Source: Macrostomum lignano
Lineage: Eukaryota
Length of the DNA: 64,000 nt
Reading direction: 5' to 3'
Assembly (NCBI GenBank): GCA_002269645.1
Contig: NIVC01001180.1
Coordinates: 248,001 to 312,000 of the forward strand
This document shows positions 1 to 12,000 of the stretch, in pieces; position 1 is the stretch's first letter, and every line of letters begins with the position of its first letter. The translations under genes were made by a program, and so were the position numbers. Below the pieces are notes generated by a model. It made no database searches and had not been told where the DNA came from. It saw only the letters and a program-made list of their open reading frames with translations.

Positions 1-2609
1 CATGTTATTCTTAATAGTGCCAACATTACTCAACCTGATGCTAATAAGATACACACCACTTATGCTTATATCTTGTTGTTGTAGTGTGCTGCAAAATTTT
101 TTTTGTTTTGTTTTAGCAATATAGCAATATGCAACTTAATATCAATAATTCATTATATATCCTGCATTGTACTCTAATTGTCTAGGAATTCATGTTTACG
201 CATTACATTTTCATATTCATAATAGTTGCTTACTTAATCCCTATATTCAGTACATCGCTGATAAGCGCACTAATACTTATTACGTAACTAAAATTTTGTT
301 AATAAATATAATCATCAATGTACAAAAGGGGGTTTTGCACATTTTTGTAGCGAGGGGGGGGGTATAGTAGGGCATTATTTTAGGAACGGGAAATTTTGTG
401 GGTCCAATTATGCTTTTACCCTACTATCAGTAGTTTCAACCCGGGGAAATAATTAGAGCGGGGTAAGTAATAAAATTGGGGTTCCTTTAGAACTACAGAG
501 CAGTTGGGCTCTTGGGAAAGAAAAGTTGTTGTTGTTGGAGTGTCTTCGAACTTGGAAAACTCACAAGAAAAGCGGTAAGAAGGGGAAATAAATAAAAGGA
601 ATATAATTTAGGCGTGCACAGAGGAGTCTTGCCTCTAAATCTATAAACTGGGAGTCTTGCCCAACGCACAACAGAAAACTTAAGTATAGGAACTAATGTA
701 AAACCAAACTTTTGTACAATCAAGTAACCATTTCCGTTTTTTTTATTATTAAAACTTTTTGTGTTAACTAAATCTAAATTGGTGTCCTGACTCAGTTCTT
801 TAAACCTAAAGCTAGAATTAGGGAACAGCAGGAACCTGGTGGCAGCGAACTACCAAACATTAAAACAGTACCGCAGATAATAATCCACTCATAATCCTTA
901 GCAAATAAGAAACCAGTAGCTTAACCGCGAGGACACGCCCATCTCATTAGTATATTTGTTAAGTGCCACCTCACTAAGGAACATTTCTATATTAAAATTC
1001 TCCTCCTCTGACAATAATGTCTCTGGCAGAAGCAAGCTGACAATATAGCAAAAAACTTGTATAGTTTAGACTCTGCACTCATTCATTATAGTGTCACCTA
1101 CTAGATTTAATAGACAGATAACAAAAATTCTATAATAGGTAGTCTGATTCCCTATATCCACAAAGCTTTCCTGATGCTGCCTTTTATTTGGTGAGGGCAG
1201 ACTTGGCACTACCATTGTTCTAGATTGTAATTGAGACTATCTTGCTATGCAATTGCAAAGTCAAATCTAGATGTTGGTAAAGACTTCATTAAATAGCATT
1301 TGATGTAGCACATGCTAGCTTGCTATATGTTACCTTCAAAATAAATGAATGATAAGCAAGTACAGTATTGTTAGGCCTAGCCTAGTCCTCTGCTTAAAAA
1401 TATTAAGATATATACAACTTTAGTTCTACACAGTAAAAACTGTATTAAATACTACATTGATATATGACACATTTTAATGTGGAATTTAATGCGGGATTCA
1501 ATGCAAAGTTTCAACATAAAACTAATTGAAGAATTAACAAATTATATAATCTAGACAAAATTAACCATATCTTTTTTATGTTCTTTATTAATAATTAATA
1601 TTCCTAAGCCTATTCAATATAGAATTCAATATGGGATTTCTTATACTAAACTTGACTTGGCTTCTTAAGCCTATTATTCAATATAGAATTTAACGTCCTT
1701 GAATAGAAAAAAAAATAGACCATTTTGTCCTTGTCTAATAGGGAGTATTTTGTTATTGTATGGCATCCCCTATGTATCAATGATTAAGGCAGGATAGCAC
1801 TGTGCCTGCGTCAAATGCATCTAGCCTTCAATGCAGACCAATACAATAGCCAATAAGGCTTCTTTTTCCTGAGGGGTTTCGACATGCAATTTGCTTGATT
1901 GAAAGACTTGTAGTGAAAAACATTCAAATGTGTGTTGTGTTTTTCTGTGAATCTTTTTCTTTTTTTAAATGGCAAAAATTAAGTTCAAAATGCATTTTTT
2001 TGTTTTTTTCTCCCCAGGGTCTCTAGTCCAGTTCTCCAAGAAGTATTCCCTGACAAGCTCCTTGGGACCCTGGGGAGCACTCCCTGGGGTTGACATCCCT
2101 TATTTGGAAAGTTAGGTAATTGTTAGATTGCAAGGCAATAAAGTCATTGCTAGCAAATATCACTTTTTGTTGTACAATACAATAAGGTTACAGCCTTTTT
2201 TATGTGACACTTTTATGTAGAATGTCTAGAGTAGTTTCCAGTTTTCCTCTTGACACATTTGGGACACACCCTCAAGATATGTAATGTTTTATGATTTTTA
2301 TGAAGTCAAGTCAATTTATTACCTTTAAATTATTACAAAATATTGTCACCTGACAATGCTGAAGGTTACAGCAAAACATGTTGTGAATAAAAAAAATATT
2401 TTTTTTATAATATTTGTCAACAATATCAATTGTAAAGAATGCAAATGTTTGCAATTATATTCTTGTTTCTTGCATTCCTTAAGCAAAGTAGCATTCCTAA
2501 AATTTACTTTGTTATAGAATTGACTGAAATTATAGAATCTAGGAAAGCCACTTTTGCTCCACTTTCTTCTATCCACATTGGATAGAGAAGTTTATTAAAA
2601 AGAACAAAA

Positions 2610-3835
2610 CCCTATTGGAATAAGTTTTCAGACACTGTGGACAGTGCATCTAGTGCGCCATGGCAATCATAAAGTGGCCTGGACGGTGCGTCATGACAAT
2701 CTTCAAATCCTAAGGTGGTATGGATGATGTGTCATTCAAATCTTCAAATCCTAGGGTGCCATAGCACTCTAGGTTTAGGTGATATTGTGCATGACTCCAG
2801 TCTCTATCATGTTCATTCTGATGATGCATCACTCGTTTTTGAGAGATTTAAAGAGATTGAGAGAAAGTTGTGTGTTTTACCGCACTTGTGTTTTACTGCA
2901 CTCTGTTCTGTACTGTACTTCTGCCCCCTTCTGTTGTAGTTGTATCTATTTCTTAATTCTTAGTCTACTCGTCTTTTGACTTACAAAGTTACATTGTTGG
3001 TCTATTCAAAGAAAAATAAATAATGTAAATAGTGTGGCAATTGCATCAGTGAGTACTTAAAATAATTACGAACACTGAAACCCTTTACTTCAATTTGGCT
3101 AATCGGTTAATACAAAATGAAGAAACTCCGTGATGAACAACACAGAGTTCACGAACAAACAAAATTGTCTTTGCCTTATCCACACACTTTTTCAGTAGTA
3201 GTTGTAGCACTTTGGCTCGGGTCGGGTTATCAAATCTGATAACTATTTAGCATGGTGTTTCGAAGAATATTTTCACATTTAAATGTCAGCATAAATAAAT
3301 GTACGCGCAACCAATCAAAAAGATAATTAAACAAAGCAGAAAATTTGTTGAGACTTTTAATAGAATTTAGTTTACTTTTTTATTTCTTGCAACTGCGTTA
3401 TAAGAGAACATTAAGAGCAATTAGCATTTGGCACTATGTTATAATGTTTATGAGGCAATAAAGAACATTTCTGCTGCGATCTTTCAACTACAATTTCCAA
3501 TTTTACGATTAACTTGCATGCATATTCTAGATGACACAGCAATCAATACATATGATAGGAGATATGCTATACTATAGCCCATAGCAATATTATCAAAGTT
3601 ATAGAAATTAGAAAAACAAGTTTTACTTACAGTTTGCTGAATTTCCACCGTGCTGCTGACTTTCTCCTGTGCATGCTTCTCATCCTTGTTCAGCAGCGCT
3701 GTATGTAGCGCGTGATGTCCTCCTTGCATCTTACCTGTGAGCTGCTGTGCGTCGCGCGCCATGCGCCATGACTATGAGGAAAAAGAAAAAGTGCGCCGGA
3801 CGCCGTCCGCGAAAATACCACTTATTCCAATAGGG
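2610..3835. mobile_element. Non-autonomous DNA transposon (MITE) with 15-bp TIRs and 8-bp TSD
   Basis: CCCTATTGGAATAAG at 2610-2624 and its exact reverse complement at 3821-3835. The direct repeat GAACAAAA flanks both ends (2602-2609, 3836-3843). Subterminal homology continues inward. No coding capacity. An 8-bp TSD fits hAT, P, Merlin or some MULEs; superfamily not assigned. Confidence 0.85.
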
Positions 3836-4149
3836 GAACAAAAGATTAATAAAAGGATTTTGAGAATTATATACTTGAGGAAATAATAAAATTGAAGGTT
3901 AGAAAATTATACTTTCATTTCTCCAAAATGTGCCAAAGCTCTGTTTATGATAGGCTTATATTGCAATTTTCTTTATAAAAATATGGCTAAATGTATATAC
4001 TTGCTATATTATTTTTAAGGCCAAGCAGCTTGCACCAGACCAGGCCACTACTAAGAAGCCAGTGATACACATCTGCAATCATTTGGCCATATATACAGTC
4101 TAAAGCATCAACCACAAGATGCCAAAACTAGAAATGCCAATTTTCATCC

Positions 4150-5060
4150 AAGGTGAAGATCATGTTGTAGAAATCAACATGGTGATGAATGGCAAATTTA
4201 TCACAAAGTTTTGTGGAGGAAGCAAGGGATACCACCACTAGAAGAAACCAAGTGGTGCTACAAGTTTGCTAGCCAATATGACATGCTAGTCCTGGGAACT
4301 TTAGTTGGCAAAACAACTCTGTCTAGGTAATCTGCTCAGCACAGCATCCAATATACTCCAATATCCAATATATATCCAATGTCACACAGGTGTCTGACCT
4401 AACCTATTGGGCCAAACTGCAATGAAGCGGTTGGGAATCTTGGTCAATCAACTGATAGGCACTGCAAGTTTTGACCAGCTGGTCAATGTGGTTTTTGACT
4501 ACTTGAAGCTAAACAAGGCACTACAGGAAGCCTGCCATAAGCTTTGGATAGATCCTAGATGAGTGGAAAGATAAACTATGTTGCCAGTTGCCTCAAGGAC
4601 TTTGAACTGGAGCTTAAGTTCAAGCTAGATACATGGCCAATCTTTTGAAGGCCTGGCCAGTCCTATTTGCTATCCATAAGGAGCTTGAACATGTCTATGA
4701 CAAGGGCATTAGGAAAGGCATCTGGGAGGTAACTGACTTCAACAACTATGGAATGCCAGTGGTCCTAGTGCAAAAGCCTAGCATTAGTTTGACATAGTAA
4801 AAATTCAAGTCTGTAGTAACTACTCTTATATAATAAACCCACAGCTAGATGACAATCTACTGGCTAAAAGCTACCAAAGGAGCTCTTATAGAAGCTAGGT
4901 GGCAGTTATTGCTTCTTGAAAATTAACCTAGCAAATGCCTATAACTAGGTCAAGCTGGGGCCTGTTAGTCAGAGGCAACTAGCCCTAAGCATTTATTGCA
5001 AGTGTTACTTAAAAAAGATTCACCTTTGGCCCAAAGTCTTCAGTAGGTGAGTTCTAGTCA
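4150..5060 (+). mobile_element. Degenerate Gypsy/Ty3 (K02A2.6-like) pol remnant: protease and start of RT
   Basis: Manual translation across stops and frameshifts gives LLGQTAMKRLGI-like, KDFELELKFKLDTWPIF, YGMPVVLVQKP, KLGGSYCFLKINLANAYN*V and PFGPKSSVGEF*, matching the Gypsy RT motif order APIV..KK / GG..FSKLDL..AY.Q / LPFG..SAP.IFQ. Confidence 0.75.
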
Positions 5061-5720
5061 CCTATCTAGGTAGCAAGACTTCAACAATAGGATGGTAGAC
5101 CACTTCATTCTAGAGTTTGAAACCAAGAACAAGAAGGATATCAGTGATTATCAGCATGCAATATGGCATTTGCATAATACATATAAGAGAACTAAGCAAA
5201 CCCTCAATAGCACTGCCCAGACCAAGATTGAGCTTGATTGTCTATACAAAGGCATAGACTTTTACACAACTATTACGAGGAAACTCTTTGAAGAGCTAAA
5301 TTAAAAACTTGTTTTATTGCATGCTTGAACATGTAAAAAAGTTGCTATGTAACACTGAACTAGAGAAAAAATTGATTGATAAGATTGCATTGGTTGGTGG
5401 CTCCATTCATATTCCAAAGATTTAGACACTTCAAATAGTGAGTTTTTATATATTTTTGTCTTTTTTTAATATATTCACTTCTAGGCTTAATTATTAATGA
5501 AGCATACTCTGTGGATTTAGGATTTTGAATATAAGGTATTTATATTTATGGTTTCATTTCATTGCATATTTTAAAAGGGAACTTAAAAATCTTGCTTATT
5601 TAACCTCATATTTGCAAAACTTCTTTAGTGACAAGGAATTCAACATGTCAATTAATCTAGATAAGGCTGTTACCTATGGCACGACTATCTAGATGGCCAT
5701 TCTATATAGTGACAAGTAAT
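5060..5720 (+). pseudogene. hsp70: HSP70 (cytosolic type) pseudogene fragment, nucleotide-binding domain
   Basis: ORF 5092-5304 [27 protein letters not shown]...[16 protein letters not shown] aligns to HSP70 MVNHF..EFKRKHKKDIS.NKRA.RRL...IDFYTSITRARFEELN. It continues after a frameshift as KLIDKIALVGGSIHIPKI* and, after an AT-rich gap of about 170 nt starting near GTGAGT at 5438, as LQNFFSDKEFNMSINLDKAVTYGTTI*MAILYSDK. Confidence 0.9.
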
Positions 5721-8700
5721 AGGGTTACCACCACAATCAATTTTTACATTTTTTCTTTTTCGAATAATATAAATTTGTGAGGTCCCTATTGTTTCTAGAC
5801 TATTATGCTACCAAAAGAACCTAAAGTTAGCATTTTATTTTATACACTAGGCCCTATTTTTTTTAAAAGATCCTAATAATAATATGCATCTATAGATTAA
5901 AAATTATAATAATAGGGCCTAGACACCAACCAAGAAAGTTTATATAACATCTGCCTAGGCTAGGCCTAGGGAAAGCTATTGTTTAATTGCTAAGTATACC
6001 CTATCTTAATATATATACTATATAGGCCCCTAGCTTTAGGCTAGTAAGACTAAGAGGTAAGAATAGATAGGCCTTCAACTTGCAACTTTCCAAAAACTTA
6101 TTACTTTACAAGGCCTAGGCTAACAGAAAATGAAAAATAGGCCAAGCATAAAATGTATTAGAACTAATATTATTGATTAGTATATTATAGGCCCAAGACA
6201 TTGCTTTTGATGCAACTAAATTATCATCCCACTTACAAAGGCACAGTGGTCTTTGGCATTGGCTTTATATTAGGCCATTTTATTTTTTTAGCAGCTTAAC
6301 ACTGGCCTGGGACTGGGTCAAATATTAACTCGAAAATATTCTGCATCAAGCTTTTCATAGGCCTACTTAAATAAGACTTTATCAATAGCAAGTAAAGCAT
6401 AAACACCATGCTACGTCTCTACGTAGAGCACAATGCTAAACTTTATCACATGGCTTGATGCCAAATTTTACGGGACAGATTTTGTTATTTTGTCTTCGGA
6501 AGTTTGGTATCATCTTTCTAGTAAAAAGATATTGTGGCAGTGGGGTTGCCACCATTTAATAATTTTATTTTAATAATTTTTTTCCATTTTAAATGCGCGC
6601 CCGTATTTTTTTTTCTTCGTGAATACCAACCCGTGCGTCCAACCATTGTTATATGACATCACCCCCCCCCCTCCTCCTGTTGGCCCCGTGTGTGGACCCA
6701 CCGTTGCTAATCAGTTTCCCATCGTTGGCTAACAGCCTTTTCATTAGTTGGAATTAAGCGGTTCATTTTATATTTTCTGTGTGATTACTCCTTTAACCAT
6801 TGTATGGCCCCCTTGTTGGCTAATCTTTCCCCCATGCTTTGGACGTTGCCCTACTTTTGCTTATATAAACTACTCATGCTCAGTTGCCAATTTTTCTAAC
6901 TTTTCTTCTTGCGCGATCGCTCCCTCACTATCTTGTCTGTTTATCTCTACGGTTCATTAATTTATTAGTTTATTAGCGCACCGGCGCCCGTGTATTCATC
7001 ATCGTCATTATAATACTCATTAATCCATAAACAACCTGCTTTAAAATTAATAACCAAATTACTTTAATAAATAACAACAAATTAACGCTTAATATTTATT
7101 CCGTTGACTTAAGCCATAGCCTATCTTGAATCCTTTGCCCGTGGGGCGTAAAATAACCGAAATCTCATCTCAAAGAAAGCTCTGAGATCACTAAAAGTTC
7201 CGTAATACGTAAATTACGGTGGTGGCAGCAACTACCCTACTGACAGTAATCAGCTCTGCAAATCGACACATTACTTTACGGTGTCAATCTCCGGTGTCTA
7301 CCATCTGAACGACCGTGCCGCTCTAACGACCGCTCTGCTACGATTACGACTACCCTCCCCCCGGAATTTGAGGACCCCGGCTGTCGGAGTAAAAGGAGAA
7401 GAAATTCGTTGTGATTCGTCTGCGCGATTTTCCGGTTTTATTCGTGCGAACGCAACGCTACCGGTTTCGAAGAATTACCGGCCGACCTCCAAATTTCAAA
7501 CCTTGTTAAAACTTCTCCACCCCCACCTCAATATAAATATCAGATCAGAAACTGGAGTTTGTGCGAGAGGAATTACAGTACTCGTAAATATTGCAATATT
7601 TAATATTTATTCCATATCTATGAACTGTATGTGTGGTTGTTTGTATATTTTAAATGACAAAATATTTTTGGTAACGTAAGTGTTTGTTTAAAAGCATAGT
7701 TACTGCCGTAGAAAAAAATAAGGCACAAAAACCGAGTGAGAAATTAACCTGAATCCTAGTCCTCGCCTTTCCTTTGTCCCATATGTAAACTCTGATTTTA
7801 GATGAACCCTCTATTGCTGGCGAACTGAAAGGTCCCGACAGTTTGGTCAAATAAATGTCAGAGGGTATCTTTAAACGTATTTTAGTCGCTTCTAGCATTT
7901 GCTCTTTGAAATTCAGTCGCACTATGTATAGCTGCGAATAGTTTAATAGGTCGACTTCTAAATTAATAGGCTCACTAGCTCTGAGCTGGGAGACTTCGTG
8001 TGGAAAATGAAGTAATTTTCAAGTACTTTATAGTAAATCCCAACACAGCAGCTGACTGAATTATCTGCTGTAAGTCACAACTCGGAGGACCAGTCTTCAT
8101 TGTGCAAAACATTGTACGCAAAGCTTTATACTTACACAAGAGTGCCCCAGAAGTTATGAAATACATGCATAAATAACCAAGCCAAAACATGACCAAGCAA
8201 TTTTATGTACCAGAGTTAATCACGGACCTACATGTAACCTTGAAAAATGAAATGCTACCTTTCAGCAGTAGCGAGTTACAGGTGTATGCATGTGCCTGTA
8301 GGCGTGAATGCATTATATTTGCAGTACATCAGTGAGAAAGCATCTGAGAGAGTTTAGTTGTCAGGCACAACAGGTGACAGGCAGCATTGAATATAAGTTT
8401 GTAAATATGGAAAATAATAAGTTAAACAAAATAATAAGCCTGGCTAGCTATTAAGTAATAAACAAAACAGGACATATGGATATATAGGAATCAAGACAAG
8501 TCTTAAAAACCTCCGTGAAATATTCAAATACAGACTTGCTACACGTACATGCAATACTCCTAGTTATTTAAGAAAGTAATTTTAGCGGGAAAAGCAGCGG
8601 CGAATGGCGCACAGAAAATGCACTCGGGTGTATTCACTGTACTTGTTGAGACCCTTGCACTTGTCATTTACTGGCTATGACAAACAAAGGTTGAAATAAC

Positions 8701-8811
8701 TCGGCATTGGAAAGATTTCAGGCCTTGGCAGGGACTGAACTGTGAACTACAGATGTCTAAGTGCACACTTAGCTGCTAATCAAGAATCTACCGATTCGTA
8801 ACAGGTAAACT

Positions 8812-9040
8812 GCCAGTTACAGATTCTACAAACTGCCAATTACAGAATCCACAGACTGCCAACTTCAGAATCCACAAACTGCAAATTTCGCATTCGACAT
8901 ACTGCCAATTACAGAATCCACAAACTGCTAATTTTACAATCCACAAACTGCCAATTACAGAATCCACAAACTGCTAATTTTACAATCCACAAACTGCCAA
9001 TGTCGAAACAAAAAACCGCCTATTTAGGAATCCACACACT
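8812..9040. repeat. 23-bp minisatellite (CCACAAACTGCCAATTACAGAAT) in the HEATR6 3' flank/UTR
   Basis: About 9 degenerate tandem copies ending roughly 40 nt beyond the HEATR6 stop codon. Confidence 0.85.
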
Positions 9041-9079
9041 GCCACTATAAATTTAAATTCCTCACTAATCCACCTCCCC

Positions 9080-12000
9080 TCAGTCGTAGGTCTGTCTAAA
9101 GGCCGACGCTAACGAGGTGGCGTGCAGCGCCTGCTCAGCGCGGGCGCCAGCCAGCAGCTCCAGCAGACGTTGGCAGCAGTTGCCGCCGCCACCGCTGCCC
9201 GCAGCAGCACCGGCCGCCGCCGTCAGATTCGCCTCGGCTGCGTCCAACGCTTCGACAGCGAAATCCGGTTCAAGCAGGGCGGCAGCGGCGCCAGTCGAAG
9301 TTGTCGACGTCGACAAAGAGGCGGACGAGCCGCCGCCGCGGCCAAGGAAGAAGGCCTGGCGGACCTGGGCGCCGCTGTCCCAGACCAAAGCGGCCTGCGC
9401 TGTCCACAGCCGGCTAAGCTGACTGGCCAGCAAATCTATCGGCCCGATCTCGCCGCTAGCGTCGTTAGCAACGTTGCTTAGCAAGGGCGACACAGCGTCG
9501 GCATCGCCGGGCGATAACAGAGAGCAGGCTCGCAGCAGCAGCAGGCAGAGCAGGTAGTCCAGCACGGTCTTGTGAGTCTGCTCGCTGAACGGGATGTCCA
9601 TGGAGCGGACGTGGCGGGCGCAGCCAATCACCGAGCCGATCAGGCGAGCCATCGGGTTGCTGGGCTGCTGCTCGGAGGCGGCGGTCAGATCGCCGAATTG
9701 GCGCCGCTCTTGCAGGGTGAGCAGCGCGCAGGCCGCGTGGATTTTAACCTGGCAAAAGTGTTTAAACGGTAGTTTTATAGCAGGGGTCGGTAAAATTTCT
9801 TTTACTTCAAGGGTCAGATAGACGAATATGGCGTATGGATGAGGGCCAGGTGAGAGAGGAGAGGAAAGGAGAGAGAGGAGAGAAGAGAGGAGAGGGGGAG
9901 AGGAGAGATGAGGGGAAAGGGGAGAGGAGAGAAAAGACAAACTTGGGGGAAGGATAGAGACCTGAGCTTGCCGACTCCTGTATTAGAGAGTAAGATGCTA
10001 GATTAATCGCATAGCATTAAAGTGTAGAGATTGAGTACCGGTGCAAAGTCACTTGGGTTCGATTCCACATCAGTTGGCCTAGGGCTTGATGTGCACAGCC
10101 TGACGATGATACCCATGGTCAGGGCCCCAAAACCTAGAGGTCAGGGACCCAGAGGTCAGGGATCCAGGGGTCAGGGACCTAGGGGTCAGGGACCCAGGGG
10201 TCAGGGACCCAGGGGTCAGGAACCTAGGGGTCAGGGCCTAGGGGTCAGGGCCTAGGGGTCAGGGACCCAGGAGTCAGGGACCCAGGAGTCAGGGACCCAG
10301 GGGTCAGGGACTCAGGGGTCAGGGACCCAGGGGTCAGGGACCCAGGGGTCAGGGACCCAGGGGTCAGGGACCCAGGGGTCAGGGACCCAGGGGTCAGGGA
10401 CCCAGGGGTCAGGGACCCAGGGGTCAGGGACCCAGGGGTCAGGGACCCAGGGGTCAGGGACCCAGGGGTCAGGGACCCAGGGGTCAGGGACCCAGGGGTC
10501 AGGGACCCAGGGGTCAGGGACCCAGGGGTCAGGGACCCAGGGGTCAGGGACCTAGGGGTCAGGGCCTAGGGGTCAGGGCCAAGGGGTCAGGGCCTAGGGG
10601 TCAGGGACCCAGGAGTCAGGGACCCAGGAGTCAGGGACCCAGGGGTCAGGGACTCAGGGGTCAGGGACCCAGGGGTCAGGGACCCAGGGGTCAGGGACCC
10701 AGGGGTCAGGGACTTAGGGGTCAGGGACCCAGCGGTAACGGATCCTGGGGTCAGGTGCCCGCCTGGGGTCAGGATTACAGAACTAAGCCTCCCTCACCTT
10801 GAAGTACTTATCGGATTGCAGTGCACCTAGCAGGGCGGAGTGCAGGCACAGAGTCCAAGGCTCTCCAACTGGCAGGCAGCCAAAGGCGCACCGGATAGCC
10901 AGCGAGGCGTTCCACCGGACCCTGGCGCTGGCCGAGTCGGCGCCGCCCGGCGTCACGAGGTTGGCCAGCCCGGTAGCTGCCTGCTCCATGCAGGCCCGCA
11001 GGTGGCCTCTGCCTCCGCTGCCGCTAGCCGCCGATTCCAAATAGTCCGAGCACAGCGCAGCCAGGCAGAACAAATTGCCCAATAGGCGGGCGGCATTTTC
11101 TCGAACTTTTGGCGCATCGGCGCAGAGATTCATGCCGGCTAGGAATAGGCGAACTAGATCGGCCTCGGATAGCAACGGCGGCGACGGCGGATAGCGCGAC
11201 TGATCGGACAGGGCTAGGAGAGCCTCCGAGGCCTGTGGGACGCGGAACCGGGTAGGTAGTTAGGAAGAAAGTACACCAGGTAGATAGGGGGAGAAGGCAC
11301 ACCGGGTAGATGGGGGAGAAAGTACACCCGGTAGATGGGGGAGAAAGTACACCGGATAGATGGGGGGGAGAAAGTACACTGGGTAGATGGGGGGAGAAAG
11401 TACACCGGGTAGATGGGGGGAGAAAGTACACCGGGTAGATGGGGGAGAAAGTACACCGTTAAGATAGGGGAGAAAGTACATCGGGAACATGAATGACAAT
11501 TAGAAAGGGGACAAAAGGGTCACAGCAACGGAAATAATGGCAATAAAGGTAATAACTGCCAACCTGAGCCAGCGACCAGGCGGCCTGGGCGCGCACCACA
11601 AGCGACTCGATGCCGGCGCACAGGTCGGCGAAGCGCCAGACCAGCGCCAGCAGTCTTCGGCCATTATTCTCGAATCGAATTGGGCCAAGAGCAGTCCAGG
11701 CGCCCAGAGCTCGAACAGCGGCGGCTCGGACAGTGTTGAGGCCGTCCTGGCAGAGCGCCAGCAGGGCCTGGAAGGCGTCGCCGAGTAGCTCGGACGGTAG
11801 ATTGGCCGACGAAGCGTCGTCAAGCAGCGCGAGGCATTCGGCAGCGGCGGAGCGGACGCTGTAGTGGGCGGCCGGTTGCAGGCAGGACAGCAGGGCTGGC
11901 AGGAAGGCTGACCAGACAGGGGCGGCAGCCTCCGCGGGCGGCAGCGAGGTCAGCAGAGCGTCGAGAGCGCGGACTGAGGCGGCGCGGACAGCCCGGTTGG

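Noticed and set aside
6748-8196. Short ORFs 6748-6960, 7281-7679, 7650-7922 and 7975-8196
   Set aside because: No recognisable motifs, non-ATG starts, and no consistent splice partners.
10095-10150. Hammerhead ribozyme after a Pol III B-box (would resemble schistosome Sm-alpha): CTGACGA at 10100, CAAAACCTAGAGGTC
   Set aside because: GAAA would need a G restored, stem II is poorly paired and stem I does not pair. The apparent stem III can arise from the adjacent repeat. An Infernal search of better-preserved copies could revive it.
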